A DNA stretch of 64,000 nucleotides from Acidobacteriota bacterium. GTDB taxonomy: Bacteria > Acidobacteriota > UBA890 > WLXD01. Where the stretch lies: the NCBI GenBank assembly GCA_965205505.1, contig CBDBHB010000005.1, forward strand, positions 14,118-78,117. Reading direction: 5' to 3'. This document shows positions 20,603 through 31,426 of the stretch, piece after piece (position 1 is the first letter of the stretch; the number at the start of each line of letters is the position of its first letter). The notes beneath the pieces were generated by a model, which was not told where the DNA came from, did no database searches, and worked only from the letters and a program-made list of their open reading frames with translations. The position numbers were made by a program, and so were the translations under genes.

Positions 20603-21523
20603 ATGCTGGTGGCGATAGCCTTGCTACCGGCTTCTCTCGCGCTGGCCGTGCTCGAGGCCGACAACGAGCCCCGGAGCCTGGTACGCGGAGGCGGCTTCGA
20701 ACGCGAGTCGGTGAGCCTACGGCTACCGTCCGTGAGCCCGTTCCCATTGGTTGCGGGAGGCTGGGGCTCCCGCGCCGTAGAGGCACGTCACGTTCTGTCG
20801 ACAACGCGCGACACCTATCGCGGCAACCGGGCGCTGCAGATCATCAGCCCGGCCGCAACGCCCGCGTATGTGATCCAAGACGTGCCGGTGGCGAGCCGCG
20901 GCTTCGTGTTCGAGATCGCGGTACGGCTCATGCGCGGTCAGCAATCCATCGCTTTTCTCAGCGCGTGGGACCGCATGGACCCAGCAGCGGCCGCCGCGTT
21001 GCGCATCGACTTGCAGGCCGACGGTCTGCGTATCCGCAGCGACAAGGGCGACTGGCACGTTGACGCCTTGATCTCGACAGACCGGTGGCACCACCTATTT
21101 TTCATCTCCGATCCGCGCAGCGATCAGCTCACGATTACCGTCGACGGCACCCTGCTGGCTTCGCTGCCCGCGGTACCGACGTCCGCCCCGCAGACGCTGG
21201 TCATTGGCGGCAACCCGACGCGCGGCGTTAGCCGGGTACGGTACGACGAGGTGCGATTGCTGCGGCTGGCCGAGGTCGAGCTTGCGGAGCTGCGGAGATC
21301 CGCTCTCCGGAGCGTGCCCGAAACGCAAGTAGGCTACGTGATGAAACGTCTGGACGATGCGGCCTGGGCACTGTCGTCGGGAGCCGACGGCTTCGCCGCA
21401 CCAGAGTTACGTGCGGCGGCCCGGATGCTGACTCGGCTGGGATCAGACGACGACCCCGGCCTTCGATCGGTCCGCGCGGCGACCGAGGCGCTCATCGATC
21501 TCGTCTCGGGTAGTGGCCTCTAG
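20603..21523 (+). CDS. Secreted protein with LamG/ConA-like beta-sandwich features
   Basis: LVRGGGFE, DRWHHL, VDG, YDEVRL. Confidence 0.6.
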   Translation: MLVAIALLPASLALAVLEADNEPRSLVRGGGFERESVSLRLPSVSPFPLVAGGWGSRAVEARHVLSTTRDTYRGNRALQIISPAATPAYVIQDVPVASRGFVFEIAVRLMRGQQSIAFLSAWDRMDPAAAAALRIDLQADGLRIRSDKGDWHVDALISTDRWHHLFFISDPRSDQLTITVDGTLLASLPAVPTSAPQTLVIGGNPTRGVSRVRYDEVRLLRLAEVELAELRRSALRSVPETQVGYVMKRLDDAAWALSSGADGFAAPELRAAARMLTRLGSDDDPGLRSVRAATEALIDLVSGSGL

Positions 21524-22755
21524 TTAATCGACACTTCGCGACCACCCTTCAACTCCATCACCGCATCGAGCACATTCTGCGCCACGGCTCGGAAGATCTT
21601 GGTCACTTCGCCGTCGGGATGCTCGACAACGTAGGGTATGCCTGCATCGCCCGCAATGGCGATCTGCGGATCGAGCGGCAGCGCGCCCAGGAACGGCACT
21701 CCGAGCTCGTCTGCCGTTCGCCGCCCGCCATCGGTGCTGAAAACGTGCGTGCGATGCCCGCACTCCGGACACGTGAAGACCGACATGTTTTCCACCAGGC
21801 CGAGCAACGGCACATCGACTTCCTGGAACATGCGGAGCCCTTTACGGGCGTCGATCAACGCTACATCCTGCGGCGTGGTAACGATCACCGCGCCATCGAG
21901 CGGCGCCGATTGAGTCAACGTGAGTTGCGCATCGCCGGTGCCTGGAGGTAGGTCGATCACCAGCACCTCAACGCCGCGCCAGTCGACGTCGCGGAGGAAC
22001 TGACGTACCGCCTTCATCACCATCGGCCCGCGCCAGATCACCGGATCGTCTTCGGGCTGCAGGAAACCGAGCGACATGAGCTTCATCCCGAACTTGTCGA
22101 GCGGCACCAGCACCCGCTTGCCGTCGAGATCGATGATCTTCGGCTGCTCGTGGGTACCGAGCATGGTGGGTACCGACGGACCGTAAATATCTGCATCCAT
22201 CAGACCGACGTGCTGGCCGAGCTGCGCCAGGGCGGCCGCGAGATTCACCGCCACGGTTGACTTTCCCACGCCTCCCTTTCCCGAGGCCACCGCCACCACG
22301 TGCTTCACCCCACCGATCGGGGTGCGGTCGTACAGCGCCGCCGGTCGGCCAGGGGCTGGGGGCCCGGTACCAGGCGCCGGCGGTCTGCCGGTCGCAGGAC
22401 CTGCCGGTGCGCCGGCCGCACCGCCGAGGCCGGGGCTGGCTGCACCGCCAGGTGACCGGCCAGGCTGCGGCGCCGAAACGCCCTTCGACTCGGGAGCCGC
22501 GATCTCGAGGCTGACGCTGTCGACCCCGTCGAGCGCCATCACCGCGTCGTGCGATGCGCGTGCGATCTGCTGCTGATGTTCCGGCGAGCCGATTGGGATA
22601 TTGAGACGGACAGTCACCCCGCCACCGTCGATTCGCACTGCCTCGACAAAGCCGAACGACACGATGTCGCGCGACAGGCCCGGGAACTGCACGGTGGTCA
22701 GAGCTTCTCGAATACGTTCTTCGCTGAGAGCCAATTTGCGAGACTCCTCGTCCAT
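21520..22755 (-). CDS. mrp: Mrp/ApbC/NBP35 Fe-S cluster carrier ATPase
   Basis: SGKGGVGKST, DADIYGPS, WRGPM, DLPPGTGD, ENMS..CPECG. Confidence 0.93.
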   Translation of the reverse strand: MDEESRKLALSEERIREALTTVQFPGLSRDIVSFGFVEAVRIDGGGVTVRLNIPIGSPEHQQQIARASHDAVMALDGVDSVSLEIAAPESKGVSAPQPGRSPGGAASPGLGGAAGAPAGPATGRPPAPGTGPPAPGRPAALYDRTPIGGVKHVVAVASGKGGVGKSTVAVNLAAALAQLGQHVGLMDADIYGPSVPTMLGTHEQPKIIDLDGKRVLVPLDKFGMKLMSLGFLQPEDDPVIWRGPMVMKAVRQFLRDVDWRGVEVLVIDLPPGTGDAQLTLTQSAPLDGAVIVTTPQDVALIDARKGLRMFQEVDVPLLGLVENMSVFTCPECGHRTHVFSTDGGRRTADELGVPFLGALPLDPQIAIAGDAGIPYVVEHPDGEVTKIFRAVAQNVLDAVMELKGGREVSIN

Positions 22756-23057
22756 CCGTTTCAATGTCAACCTGTCCTGCGTCCCACAGATCGACGCTCT
22801 TTCGACGAGCGCGCGGAACGTTCTAACGAAGATAGCGCGATTGCCCGGTTCCGGCACCCCACCGGCCTCGACGATTCAAGGCAAGAAAAGTAGCCGACGA
22901 CCCATTGTTCCCCCCCTCGAGAGCGTTTATCCTCCCCCGACTCTACGCACTGTGAAGCGTTAAGAAGCACCTTTCTTCCAAGCTGGGGTGGCTCTTGGAC
23001 CACGATCTTCAGGGCCTGGCGCGCTCCGCGCGGCCGGAAACTCCGGGAGGCTTGTAG

Positions 23058-23396
23058 ATGTCCCTTGACCTGCTAGCGATGCGCTCTGCCGGCATTGTGC
23101 CCGACCCGTCTAAAGAAGCCTGGACGGATCACGAGGCTTATCGACAGCTCTACGTCTCGATCATCACGCTTGCTATCAAGGACTATGAGTTCCTGCGCCG
23201 CATCAACGGTCGTGTGAGCCTGTCGCCCTCTGAGCGCAAGAAACTCCGCGGCCTGACAGAAGACTCGGACCCGGTGGAGTTCTTCAACTCCCGCTGGTTC
23301 GAAGATATCTGCGGCATGATCGGCGTACATCCGCAGGCCATCCGCGAGCGCCTGGAGATCGAAAGCAACATGGATCTCCTCGTCGCGCTGCCGTAG
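23058..23396 (+). CDS. Small hypothetical protein
   Basis: GGGAGG RBS; IITLAIKDY ... FFNSRWFEDIC. Confidence 0.7.
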   Translation: MSLDLLAMRSAGIVPDPSKEAWTDHEAYRQLYVSIITLAIKDYEFLRRINGRVSLSPSERKKLRGLTEDSDPVEFFNSRWFEDICGMIGVHPQAIRERLEIESNMDLLVALP

Positions 23397-23498
23397 TCGC
23401 TGCTACCATACGTAACCTTGGGAACCGTTGACAATCCTCTCAACGAACCCCCATCCTGCGGCAGTGTGATTCTCCTGCAACGCGCGGAGGTACGTAGC

Positions 23499-24081
23499 AT
23501 GCTCGAACGTTTCCGTCCCCTGCTGGTGGTCGTGCTCGCAACCGGGTTCTTGTTGGCGCCCGCCACGACGGCCTCACCGCAGGAGCAGTACGGGTTTACC
23601 GGCGAATGGGGGCAAATCGCCATAAGCGCAAGCGAGCTGCGGGGCATGGGGATCGAATGGCCGACGATAAGATCGCGATCGTCTGCTGCGGGGCCGGTCG
23701 CCGCGCTCATCATCGGGGCTAGGAGGTTTTCCGAGCCTGACGCTGGATCAAATCCCGGATTCCAGTCCTTTGAGCCCTTCGAAAATCTTTTCTTCTTTGG
23801 GCCAGACGAAGTCTTCGTTATCTTGGTCGTCGCGAACCTAGGAACCTCAACAGTAACCGGAGAGGTAACGATCAAGGTTAAAGGGCCGGTGAAGGACAAA
23901 GGCTCCCTAGACTGTCACGTTGCCGGGTGAATCCGGGTTGATGACCTTCTTGAGGCTGAACGCTCCCGACGAGGATGGCCTGTACAAGCTCACCGGAAAG
24001 TTGATCGTTAAAAGCGTTGGCGGCTCCAAGACGGCGAAGGGCGCCTTCGGGATCACGGCAAGTGCCATCACTCGCCAATAA
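23499..24081 (+). CDS. Secreted Ig-like hypothetical protein with a frameshift at ~23910
   Basis: GGAGG RBS and signal peptide; the next frame continues TVTLPGESG...GLYKLTGKL to TAA at 24081. Confidence 0.6.
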
Positions 24082-24093
24082 CAGATTGGGAAC

Positions 24094-24127
24094 CTCTGCT
24101 AGCGAGACCGCGGTTCAGCTAGCAGAG
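24094..24127. terminator. Inverted-repeat hairpin upstream of the lexA promoter
   Basis: CTCTGCTAGC-N14-GCTAGCAGAG; no U-tract. Confidence 0.4.
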
Positions 24128-24132
24128 AGGGA

Positions 24133-24164
24133 TTGACAGAGGAGACATTTGTCTGGTTTAGTGT
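24133..24164 (+). promoter_or_regulatory. lexA promoter with candidate operator AGACATTTGTCT (24143-24154)
   Basis: Perfect TTGACA at 24133-24138; palindrome lies in the -35/-10 spacer. Confidence 0.8.
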
Positions 24165-24193
24165 AGTGCTCGCCCACCAACAAGGAGCCCTAC

Positions 24194-24895
24194 ATGACGC
24201 CCAAGACCCCTCCGGGGCAGACACGAGAGCGCGTTTACCGCTTCGTTCGTGACCGGTTGCTGGCCGGCAACCCACCGACGATCCGCGAAGTTCAAGCGGC
24301 CTTCGGCTTCAAGGCGGTGGAGTCGGCTCGTGCCCATCTCAATACCCTGGTGCAGATGGGGCAGCTGATTAAGGCGAGGGGTAAGGCGCGCGGCTATCGC
24401 CTTCCCGACTCGCCGGCTCACGACGAACCCCCGGTGCAGGTGCCGCTGCTGGGGCGCGTTCCCGCCGGCCCGCTGAGCGAGGCGATCGAAGACATCGAGT
24501 CGTATCTGCCGGTGCGCCCGAAGTTTCGCGGCGTCGAGCTGTTCGCATTGCGTGTCGAGGGCGACTCGATGCGTGACGCCGGCATCCTCGACGGCGACGT
24601 AGTGATCGTGCAGCGCCAGCCGACCGCCGACCCGGGCGACATCGTGGTGGCGATGGTCGGCGACGAAGCCACCGTCAAGACTCTCTATGTCGAGGGTCGG
24701 CGCGTCGAACTGCGACCGCAGAACCCGGAGTATGCGCCGATCGTTCCCGACCCGGCAGAGCTCCGTGTGCTGGGCAAGGTGCTCGAGGTGCGGCGCCACT
24801 TCGACGAGAACCCCTTCCGGGCCGCGCTGGCGCGGCGTCACGCCCAGGCTTCTACTAGCGAAAATGCTTCTAGTGGACACGGCGCGCGTGCATGA
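24194..24895 (+). CDS. lexA: LexA repressor
   Basis: wHTH PPTIREV; GRVPAGP cleavage site; GDSM Ser and ATVK Lys catalytic dyad. Confidence 0.95.
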   Translation: MTPKTPPGQTRERVYRFVRDRLLAGNPPTIREVQAAFGFKAVESARAHLNTLVQMGQLIKARGKARGYRLPDSPAHDEPPVQVPLLGRVPAGPLSEAIEDIESYLPVRPKFRGVELFALRVEGDSMRDAGILDGDVVIVQRQPTADPGDIVVAMVGDEATVKTLYVEGRRVELRPQNPEYAPIVPDPAELRVLGKVLEVRRHFDENPFRAALARRHAQASTSENASSGHGARA

Positions 24896-25575
24896 CATCG
24901 ATGTCCGCGCAGATTTTGCCTGTCCCGCCCGGTGTTGTACGTGCCGTTCGGCTCGGCGCCGGCGCCTCCATTGCGCCGGCTCCGGCAAGCTGGAGCTTGC
25001 AGGAGCTGCGCGGGCGCCTGGTGGAGATCTCCGGCGTAGGCAATAGCGCCTGCCTCACTCTCGCCTTCTCCGTCGTGCTCGATGCCCAGCATCAGCACGA
25101 GACGGTCGCCTGGGTAACCCGTACCGAGAGCTGCTTTTTCCCCCTCGACGCCTGGGCCAGCGGCGCCGATTTGCAGGCCTTGGCGGTAATCCGTCTTCCC
25201 GGCGATCGGGCGATCATACGCGCTACTGATCGACTGGCACGCTCCGGCGGATTCGGTTTGATCGTCTTCGATCTCGGCTCCGGCAGCGACAAAGCCACCG
25301 CTCTGGGCCGAGCCCCCTTACCCCGAATATCGTCTGCCATGCTGGCACGCCTGCGCAGCCTCGCCCACCGACACGACATGGCAGTGTTGTGCCTGACGCG
25401 CAAAAAGACCCATGCCTCATCGCTCGGCTCCATGGTTTCACTGCGCGCCGAGGCCCGTCGCGACCGCCTCGAGGCCGACCGCTTCACCTGTACGGTGAAC
25501 GTCCTCAAGGACAAGCAACGCGGCGCCGTCTGGAGACATGACGAAGTGCTGCGCGGTCCCGACGGCCTGCAATGA
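24892..25575 (+). CDS. imuA: ImuA (RecA-like, degenerate Walker A)
   Basis: GRLVEISG, RSGGFGLIVFDLG, SSLGSMVSLR; lies between lexA and imuB. Confidence 0.85.
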   Translation: MTSMSAQILPVPPGVVRAVRLGAGASIAPAPASWSLQELRGRLVEISGVGNSACLTLAFSVVLDAQHQHETVAWVTRTESCFFPLDAWASGADLQALAVIRLPGDRAIIRATDRLARSGGFGLIVFDLGSGSDKATALGRAPLPRISSAMLARLRSLAHRHDMAVLCLTRKKTHASSLGSMVSLRAEARRDRLEADRFTCTVNVLKDKQRGAVWRHDEVLRGPDGLQ

Positions 25576-25578
25576 GCA

Positions 25579-27417
25579 ATGACTCGATCGCACCGCGAAG
25601 CACCGTTGTCGCCGCGTGCCGAGCGCTTTTACCAAGCGCTAACCGGAGCCCCGCCGCGACTGGTCTCACTACAAAGCGACTCACTACGAACCGACTGGAA
25701 CGCACACAGCAAGGCTGAAAAAACGGGCCCCAGGGAGGGAGGCACCCCCCACGAGGAGAGGGCACTCGACGCCCTCTCCTCTCGCAGTGGGAGTGGTTCA
25801 GATGCAAAGCGGCACGATAAAGCCGACGCCCTCCCCTCTCGCGGCGGGAGCGCGTCAGATACAAAGCAGCGTGATGAAGGCGACCATTGGGGGTCGTCGA
25901 AGAACGCTAACGCAGTAGATGATGTGCTCCCGCCGCGAGAGTGGGGGTGTGTGGATGTGCCGGCGCTGCCCCTTCAGCTCTTGGCTCAACGACATCCGGA
26001 ATGGGTTGATCGACCCATGGCCGTGGTGGCCGAGGATCGTCCACAGGGGCTGATCCTGTGGGTCAACGAGCGTGCCTATCGAGCTCGTGTATTATCAGGG
26101 TTGCGCTACGCGGCGGGGCTGTCGATTTGCCGTGAGCTGTGCGCCGGAGAGGTGCCGCAGGAAGAAGTCGACACCGGTGTAGAGCGCTTGATCAAGCTGC
26201 TGCGCACGTTCAGCCCAGGAGTTGAACCGAGCGAAGACGAGCCGGGCGTCTTCTGGATCGATGCCTCAGGGTTACTCGGGCTGGAACGCTCGCTCGAGAA
26301 CTGGGCCGAACGGATCCGCGAGACACTGTGGAAGCACCACTTCGTAGCTCACGTCGCGGTGGGGTTCTCACGCTTCGGCGTTTACACGTTGGCGCGCTGT
26401 GCTCGCGGCAGCGTGGTTTTCGAAACTCCTGAACACGAGCACCGTGCAATGCGAAATGTGCGACTCGATCGCCTGCACCTGGACGCCAAGCTCCGGGACA
26501 AACTCGCCAAGCTCAGCGTACATACCGTGGGCAGTTTTCTCGGCCTCCCCGTCGATGGCCTAGCGCGCCGCTTCGGGCCCGACGCGTTGCACCTGCATCG
26601 ACTCGCCTCCGGCTCCCTTGCCACACCGCTGGATCCGGTGCCATACGACAAGCCGATCGATGCATGGATCGAGCTCGAGCATCCCGAGACCGATGCCCTG
26701 CGGCTGACCTTTATCATCAAACGCGTGCTGCCCGCGCTGCTTCACCGCGCTGCCGCATATGGACATGGGTTGTCGGCGCTGAACATCGATTTGCTTCTCG
26801 ACAACACCCGCCACGACGAAGTCGCCGTGCGCACCGCGGAGCCGACTCTCGACGCCGCGCAAATCCTCGACCTGGTGCGTCTCAAGCTCGACACACTGGA
26901 GCTTTCAGCTGGCGCGGTGGAGATCCGTCTCAACGTCGACTCGACACCCACCGGCAAAGAGCAGCTCGGGTTGTTCTCGGAAAAGCCGCAACGCGATCTT
27001 GCCGCTGCCAACCGCGCGTTTGCTCGGCTACGCGCCGAGTTCGGGCGCCTTTCAGTGGTATGGCCGCGGCTGCATCGTGCCCACCTGCCAGAGGCGACCT
27101 TTAGCTGGGAACCGCTCGAGGGCGCCCGAATTCCAGCACCTCGCAACGCACGACAGCGGCCGCTCATGCGACGCATCTTCGACCGTGCCGTTCCCTTACC
27201 CCACAGAGGCAACCACGAGCCCGACGGGTGGCTGGTACGTGGGCCCGAACAGGGTCCGATGCGGAAGATCTTCGGCCCCTACACCGTCTCCGGTGGCTGG
27301 TGGGTTCGCGAGGTACGCCGCGACTATCACTTCGTGGAAACCCAGAAGGGCGACGTGATGTGGGTGTTTTACGACCGCCACCGCCGACGATGGTTCTTGC
27401 AGGGCCAGGTGGAGTAA
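25579..27417 (+). CDS. imuB: ImuB, inactive Y-family DNA polymerase
   Basis: FSPGVEP, FWIDASGL, HLPE, GPYTVSGGWW, RDY, WFLQG. Confidence 0.9.
   Translation: MTRSHREAPLSPRAERFYQALTGAPPRLVSLQSDSLRTDWNAHSKAEKTGPREGGTPHEERALDALSSRSGSGSDAKRHDKADALPSRGGSASDTKQRDEGDHWGSSKNANAVDDVLPPREWGCVDVPALPLQLLAQRHPEWVDRPMAVVAEDRPQGLILWVNERAYRARVLSGLRYAAGLSICRELCAGEVPQEEVDTGVERLIKLLRTFSPGVEPSEDEPGVFWIDASGLLGLERSLENWAERIRETLWKHHFVAHVAVGFSRFGVYTLARCARGSVVFETPEHEHRAMRNVRLDRLHLDAKLRDKLAKLSVHTVGSFLGLPVDGLARRFGPDALHLHRLASGSLATPLDPVPYDKPIDAWIELEHPETDALRLTFIIKRVLPALLHRAAAYGHGLSALNIDLLLDNTRHDEVAVRTAEPTLDAAQILDLVRLKLDTLELSAGAVEIRLNVDSTPTGKEQLGLFSEKPQRDLAAANRAFARLRAEFGRLSVVWPRLHRAHLPEATFSWEPLEGARIPAPRNARQRPLMRRIFDRAVPLPHRGNHEPDGWLVRGPEQGPMRKIFGPYTVSGGWWVREVRRDYHFVETQKGDVMWVFYDRHRRRWFLQGQVE
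25768..25881 (+). repeat. Two imperfect 57-bp tandem repeats in the imuB 5' region
   Basis: GACGCCCTC(T/C)CCTCTCGC...TCAGAT(G/A)CAAAGC units starting at 25768 and 25825. Confidence 0.75.
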
Positions 27418-27530
27418 TGAAGTTGGTCTCTGGAGCTACTCAGCCGCCGGGCCTCGTGGCGCCAGGTGGAAGCGAAACCGGAGAGCGGCGAGGGACCATC
27501 GTGTCTGGACGGTGCCAGGCACCCAGTTGA

Positions 27531-30430
27531 CTAGCTCCCCTGCCGGCGGACCTTCTGTGCTTCGATCTCGCGCTCGCGCTCCAGCAGCGGCTTGCCGCTT
27601 GTGATCCAGTCCGGGGCATCCTCGCCCTGCAGAAAGTGTCCGAACCAGGCGAGCACGCGGTGGTGGTAGTCGATCTGGTTGTTTTTCTGTCGCGCGCTGT
27701 GGTCCTCGCCGGGATAGACCAGCATCACCAGGAACTTTCCGGCGCGACGGGCATAGTTATACATCTCCACACCCTGATGCCAATCGACCACGCCATCCTC
27801 GTCGCCGAAGAAGATCATCATCGGCGTTTCGAGGTCGGTGATATGCATGATCGGCGATTCGCGTACGTAGGCCTCCAGGTCGTCCCAGTAGGGCACCTCC
27901 ATACGCGCCTGGCCCGTCTCGAAGTGATCAGTCTCCGGCAATCCCGGATTCCAGTGCACGGTGCCGAACATCGAGAAGAAGTTGGTCAGCGGCGCACCGG
28001 CAATCGATGTCGCGAACAAGTCGGTCTGCGTGGGCACGAAGCTCGCTTCGTACCCTCCCCAGGAGTGCCCCACTAACCCGACGTGCTCGGCATCGATCAT
28101 CCCGGTGGCAATCGCTGCCTGCACCGCGGGCACGATGCACTCCACCGCCGATGTCCCCGGGCGCCGGTTTCGATACACGATGTCGGGCTGCAGCACGAAG
28201 TAGCCCTCGGCGGTGAACACCGTGGGGTTGTACGGGCTGCGCTCGGAGGGCACCGAGTAGTTGTGCACCGTCTGCGACAGCCGCTCGTATACGTACACGA
28301 TCATCGGGTAGGTCTTGCTCGGGTCATAGTCGGCCGGATAGAGGAGCACGCCCTGCAGCTCACGCCCCCAGGCGCTTTGGTACTCGACGAGCGCAGACCG
28401 ACCCCAGGCGTAGTCGCTCTGGAAGGCGTTGGTGGCAGTCAGCTGGCGCGCCGCGCCCAGGTCGAAATCGCCGACGAACACGTCCGGCGAGTCGTCGAAC
28501 CCCTGTACGACGTACGAGTAGGTGTCTGCCTCCGGCGCCTTGGCCAACCGAACCGACGTTCTTGTCGAGCCACACGAGACGGTCAGTGCCGGCGCCCGAC
28601 GCGCCCTCGTCACCGCGCCCCAAGCTGGCCACCGCAAGCCCGTACTTCTTGCTGCGCTCTCCGTACAGCTGCAGCCAGATGCGCTCGGAGCTCAGCCCGC
28701 GCTCCTGAGCATCGACAATGCCGTCGGCATCGGAGTCGACGTCGCCGCCGACGTCGATAGCTCGATGCCGCACGAGCTCCCCGGCACCCTCGGTGATCTT
28801 CTCCGCATCGCCGCCATCAGGCGCTACCGCCCAGACGTCGTATTCGTCGTACAGCAGCACCGCACGGTCGCCGGCCAACCACCCGCCGTTGCCCCACGGG
28901 GGCTGCTGGGCGCGCACTGGGGTGTCGTAGTCATGGTTGACGAACGAAACCGGCAGCGCAGCTGTCAGGTTGCGTTGCGCGTCGGTCTCGATGTCGTAGG
29001 ACCAGAAGTGGTCGTCCTTGTAGTAGAGCAGGTATCGACCAGTGGCGCTGTCGCCATAGAAGTACCCCACGTCCTCGACCACCTTGCGGCGATCGCCGCT
29101 GGCGATCTCGATCAGCCAGATGTCGTTCCAGTCGCGATCGAACATGTTGCGAAACCGGTAGGCCTGTCGATCGGTTTGGGTGGCGAAGCGCTGCCCCTCG
29201 AGCACCGTAACGGTCTCGTTCACGTCGGTGCCGAGGCGCACGAACCTGTCTTCGTCGAGACGCCACGCCGCTAGGTAGCCCGCCTGCGCGTTGCGCTCCT
29301 TGCGCAACCCGTTGCATGGGAATGACCTGTTCGTCGTCGGAGTGCCAGACCTCGACCGCCGACGGCTCGACCGGCTCGGAGTCTTCGTCGCTGTCAGCCT
29401 CATCGCTGGTGCCGGGATCCTCGTGCCACTCCTGGATGGCAACGAAGAGCATCGTTCCGTCTTCAGACCAGCTCGGCGCCTCGTGCGATGAGACGCGCAT
29501 GCCGGCGATGAAGTCGGTAGCGGTGGTCGGGTCGTACAGCAGCATGGTGTCGTCGCCGTCGAGGTCACGCCAGCCAACGATCGCGTGCGTGGGTCCGTCG
29601 AAGTCCTCGTCGTCGATCGAGCGCAGGAAAGCAAGGTCCGCGGCCGTATCGCGCCATGCAAGACCCCGGAACGTCGCGCCTGCCTCCGGTGCGGAATCGA
29701 GCACGCGCAGACTGCCCGTGGCTGCGTCGTAAAGCTGTACGCCGTTGCCCAAGCCGTCATCCGTCTCGATCGCCACCGCCAATTGGCTGCCGTCGGTCTG
29801 CCAGGCATACTCGGCGACATTACCGATGGTGAGCTCGGCGCCGCCAGCCAGCCCACGAACCACGAGGTCGGCACCGCGGCGATCGGTGTCGGACTCATCT
29901 TCGGACGAAGGCGGGTAGCGGTGCATGGCGACATACGCGCCGCCGGCGCCGAAGCCGAAGCTCGCCACTCGATCGACGATCTCCGCCTCTGCGCTGCTCA
30001 GACGCAGCAACCCAAGACTGTCTTCAATCGGCTCATCTTGTTCTTGGAGCTGCTCACGAGCAGATTCCGAGTGCCCGACGCGGTACGCCAGCCAGACAGA
30101 ATCCTCGGAGAACACCGGATCGCGACCTTCCTCGGCAACCACCAGGCTGCCAGCGTCGCTAACCGAGTAGGTACGTAGCTCGCTGGTTCCATCGACGCGC
30201 GTGATCGGCACCGCCAGCCACCCGCCATCCGGAGACAGTGGCGTGCGGGACCCGAGGCGCTCGAACCTACCATAGTCGCCTGGGCGCACCGGTTGCTTGG
30301 CTGCCGGTTGCGCACTGTCCTCCTGCGCCTGCAGGATCGCGGCACCCGGCACCAACGTCAGCGCCAGCGCGACCACGATCGGCCGGGATGATCGGGGAAG
30401 CTGCCAATGCCGCCAAGAAGTTCGTCGCAT
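27531..30430 (-). CDS. S9 prolyl oligopeptidase-family peptidase with two frameshifts (~29300, ~28550)
   Basis: Signal peptide, beta-propeller region, GHSWGG, DGVV, EDH; three consecutive ORFs in different frames. Confidence 0.85.
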
Positions 30431-30443
30431 GGGTTACTCCCGT

Positions 30444-31235
30444 CTACTCGAGTAGATCGTACGATTCGAGTTGCCAGCCGCTCCCCAGGGCGCGGCCGCG
30501 GTCATAGCTGAGCATGCGGATCTTGTAGGGGGGCTCGGCGCTGAGCCAGTAGTCACGCATGCGGCCATCGTGGAACCGTATCCGCACCACGGTGGTATCG
30601 AACTCGCCCGCGGCGAGCTCCAGTCGCGTCGCACCGAGCACACGAAACTGTGCCCAGAGCTCCTCGGGCACGACCATGTTGTTCCACGCCAGCCGGCCGA
30701 TCGATCCTGGGCCCAGCCGTAGCGCCGCCAGCGGCAGCTCCAGCACCGAGGCCTCGAACGGCCGCAGCTGGTACTCGAAGTCGTGCCGGGTCGACGCACC
30801 AGCGGCATTGCGTACCGTCGCCTGGATGCGGTTGCCGACGAAGATGAAACTCTGCCCGCCGCCCCGCGGAATCGAGAACGAGCGCCGCACCGGAGCCAGA
30901 GTGGTCGCTTCGAGGATTACGCGATCGTCGACGCCCGTACTCGAGATCGACAAGGTGATCTGTATGCGTTTCAGCCCATCCTCGGTCGACTTCACCGTCA
31001 TCGTTGCCTCGCCGTCTGCCAGCGGTACGCCCACGATCGAGTTCCAGCGTTCATAGGTGGCCCGATACGGGCGCACGAACATCGACGCCACACGGTCGTC
31101 GCCGGCGCCGATCACCACGGCGTCTTCGGGCACCGGCACGAATGAAGGCAAGCCGCTGAGGGCGACGAACAGGATGCCTACGCCGAGCGCGATCAGCGCC
31201 AGCAGCACGAGGAGGCGGATCAAGATGCGCTTCAT
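30444..31235 (-). CDS. Membrane-anchored hypothetical protein
   Basis: N-terminal TM helix, AGEFDT motif; co-oriented with the peptidase. Confidence 0.65.
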   Translation of the reverse strand: MKRILIRLLVLLALIALGVGILFVALSGLPSFVPVPEDAVVIGAGDDRVASMFVRPYRATYERWNSIVGVPLADGEATMTVKSTEDGLKRIQITLSISSTGVDDRVILEATTLAPVRRSFSIPRGGGQSFIFVGNRIQATVRNAAGASTRHDFEYQLRPFEASVLELPLAALRLGPGSIGRLAWNNMVVPEELWAQFRVLGATRLELAAGEFDTTVVRIRFHDGRMRDYWLSAEPPYKIRMLSYDRGRALGSGWQLESYDLLE

Positions 31236-31408
31236 CCGAAGATCTCGGGTGAGGTGAAGGGGTGCGGTAGAGGCACATCTTGCTACGCGATCACCGGCGA
31301 CGGTAGCTGGGTGGCGTTGCACTCGCCCGTGCACGCAATGCGTAGCCAAACGGGCCTCCACAGCACACCTCGGGCCACCGAGGCAATTCAACTTCGTAGA
31401 TCTAGATT

Positions 31409-31426
31409 AACAGACATTTGTCTGTT
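31409..31426. promoter_or_regulatory. Candidate LexA operator upstream of dnaE2
   Basis: AACAGACA-TT-TGTCTGTT; AGACATTTGTCTG identical to the lexA promoter copy. Confidence 0.8.

Noticed and set aside
20306-20664. Short ORFs across the candidate RNA region
   Set aside because: No protein motifs; the flanking genes have their own starts.
22340-22480. Pro/Gly-rich segment in mrp as a repeat element
   Set aside because: It is an in-frame low-complexity linker between the two Mrp domains.
27531-30430. Programmed frameshifting or phase variation in the S9 peptidase (also at ~23910 and ~62371)
   Set aside because: Each break can be explained by one extra base with no slippery or long homopolymer tract; sequencing error or ordinary decay is simpler.
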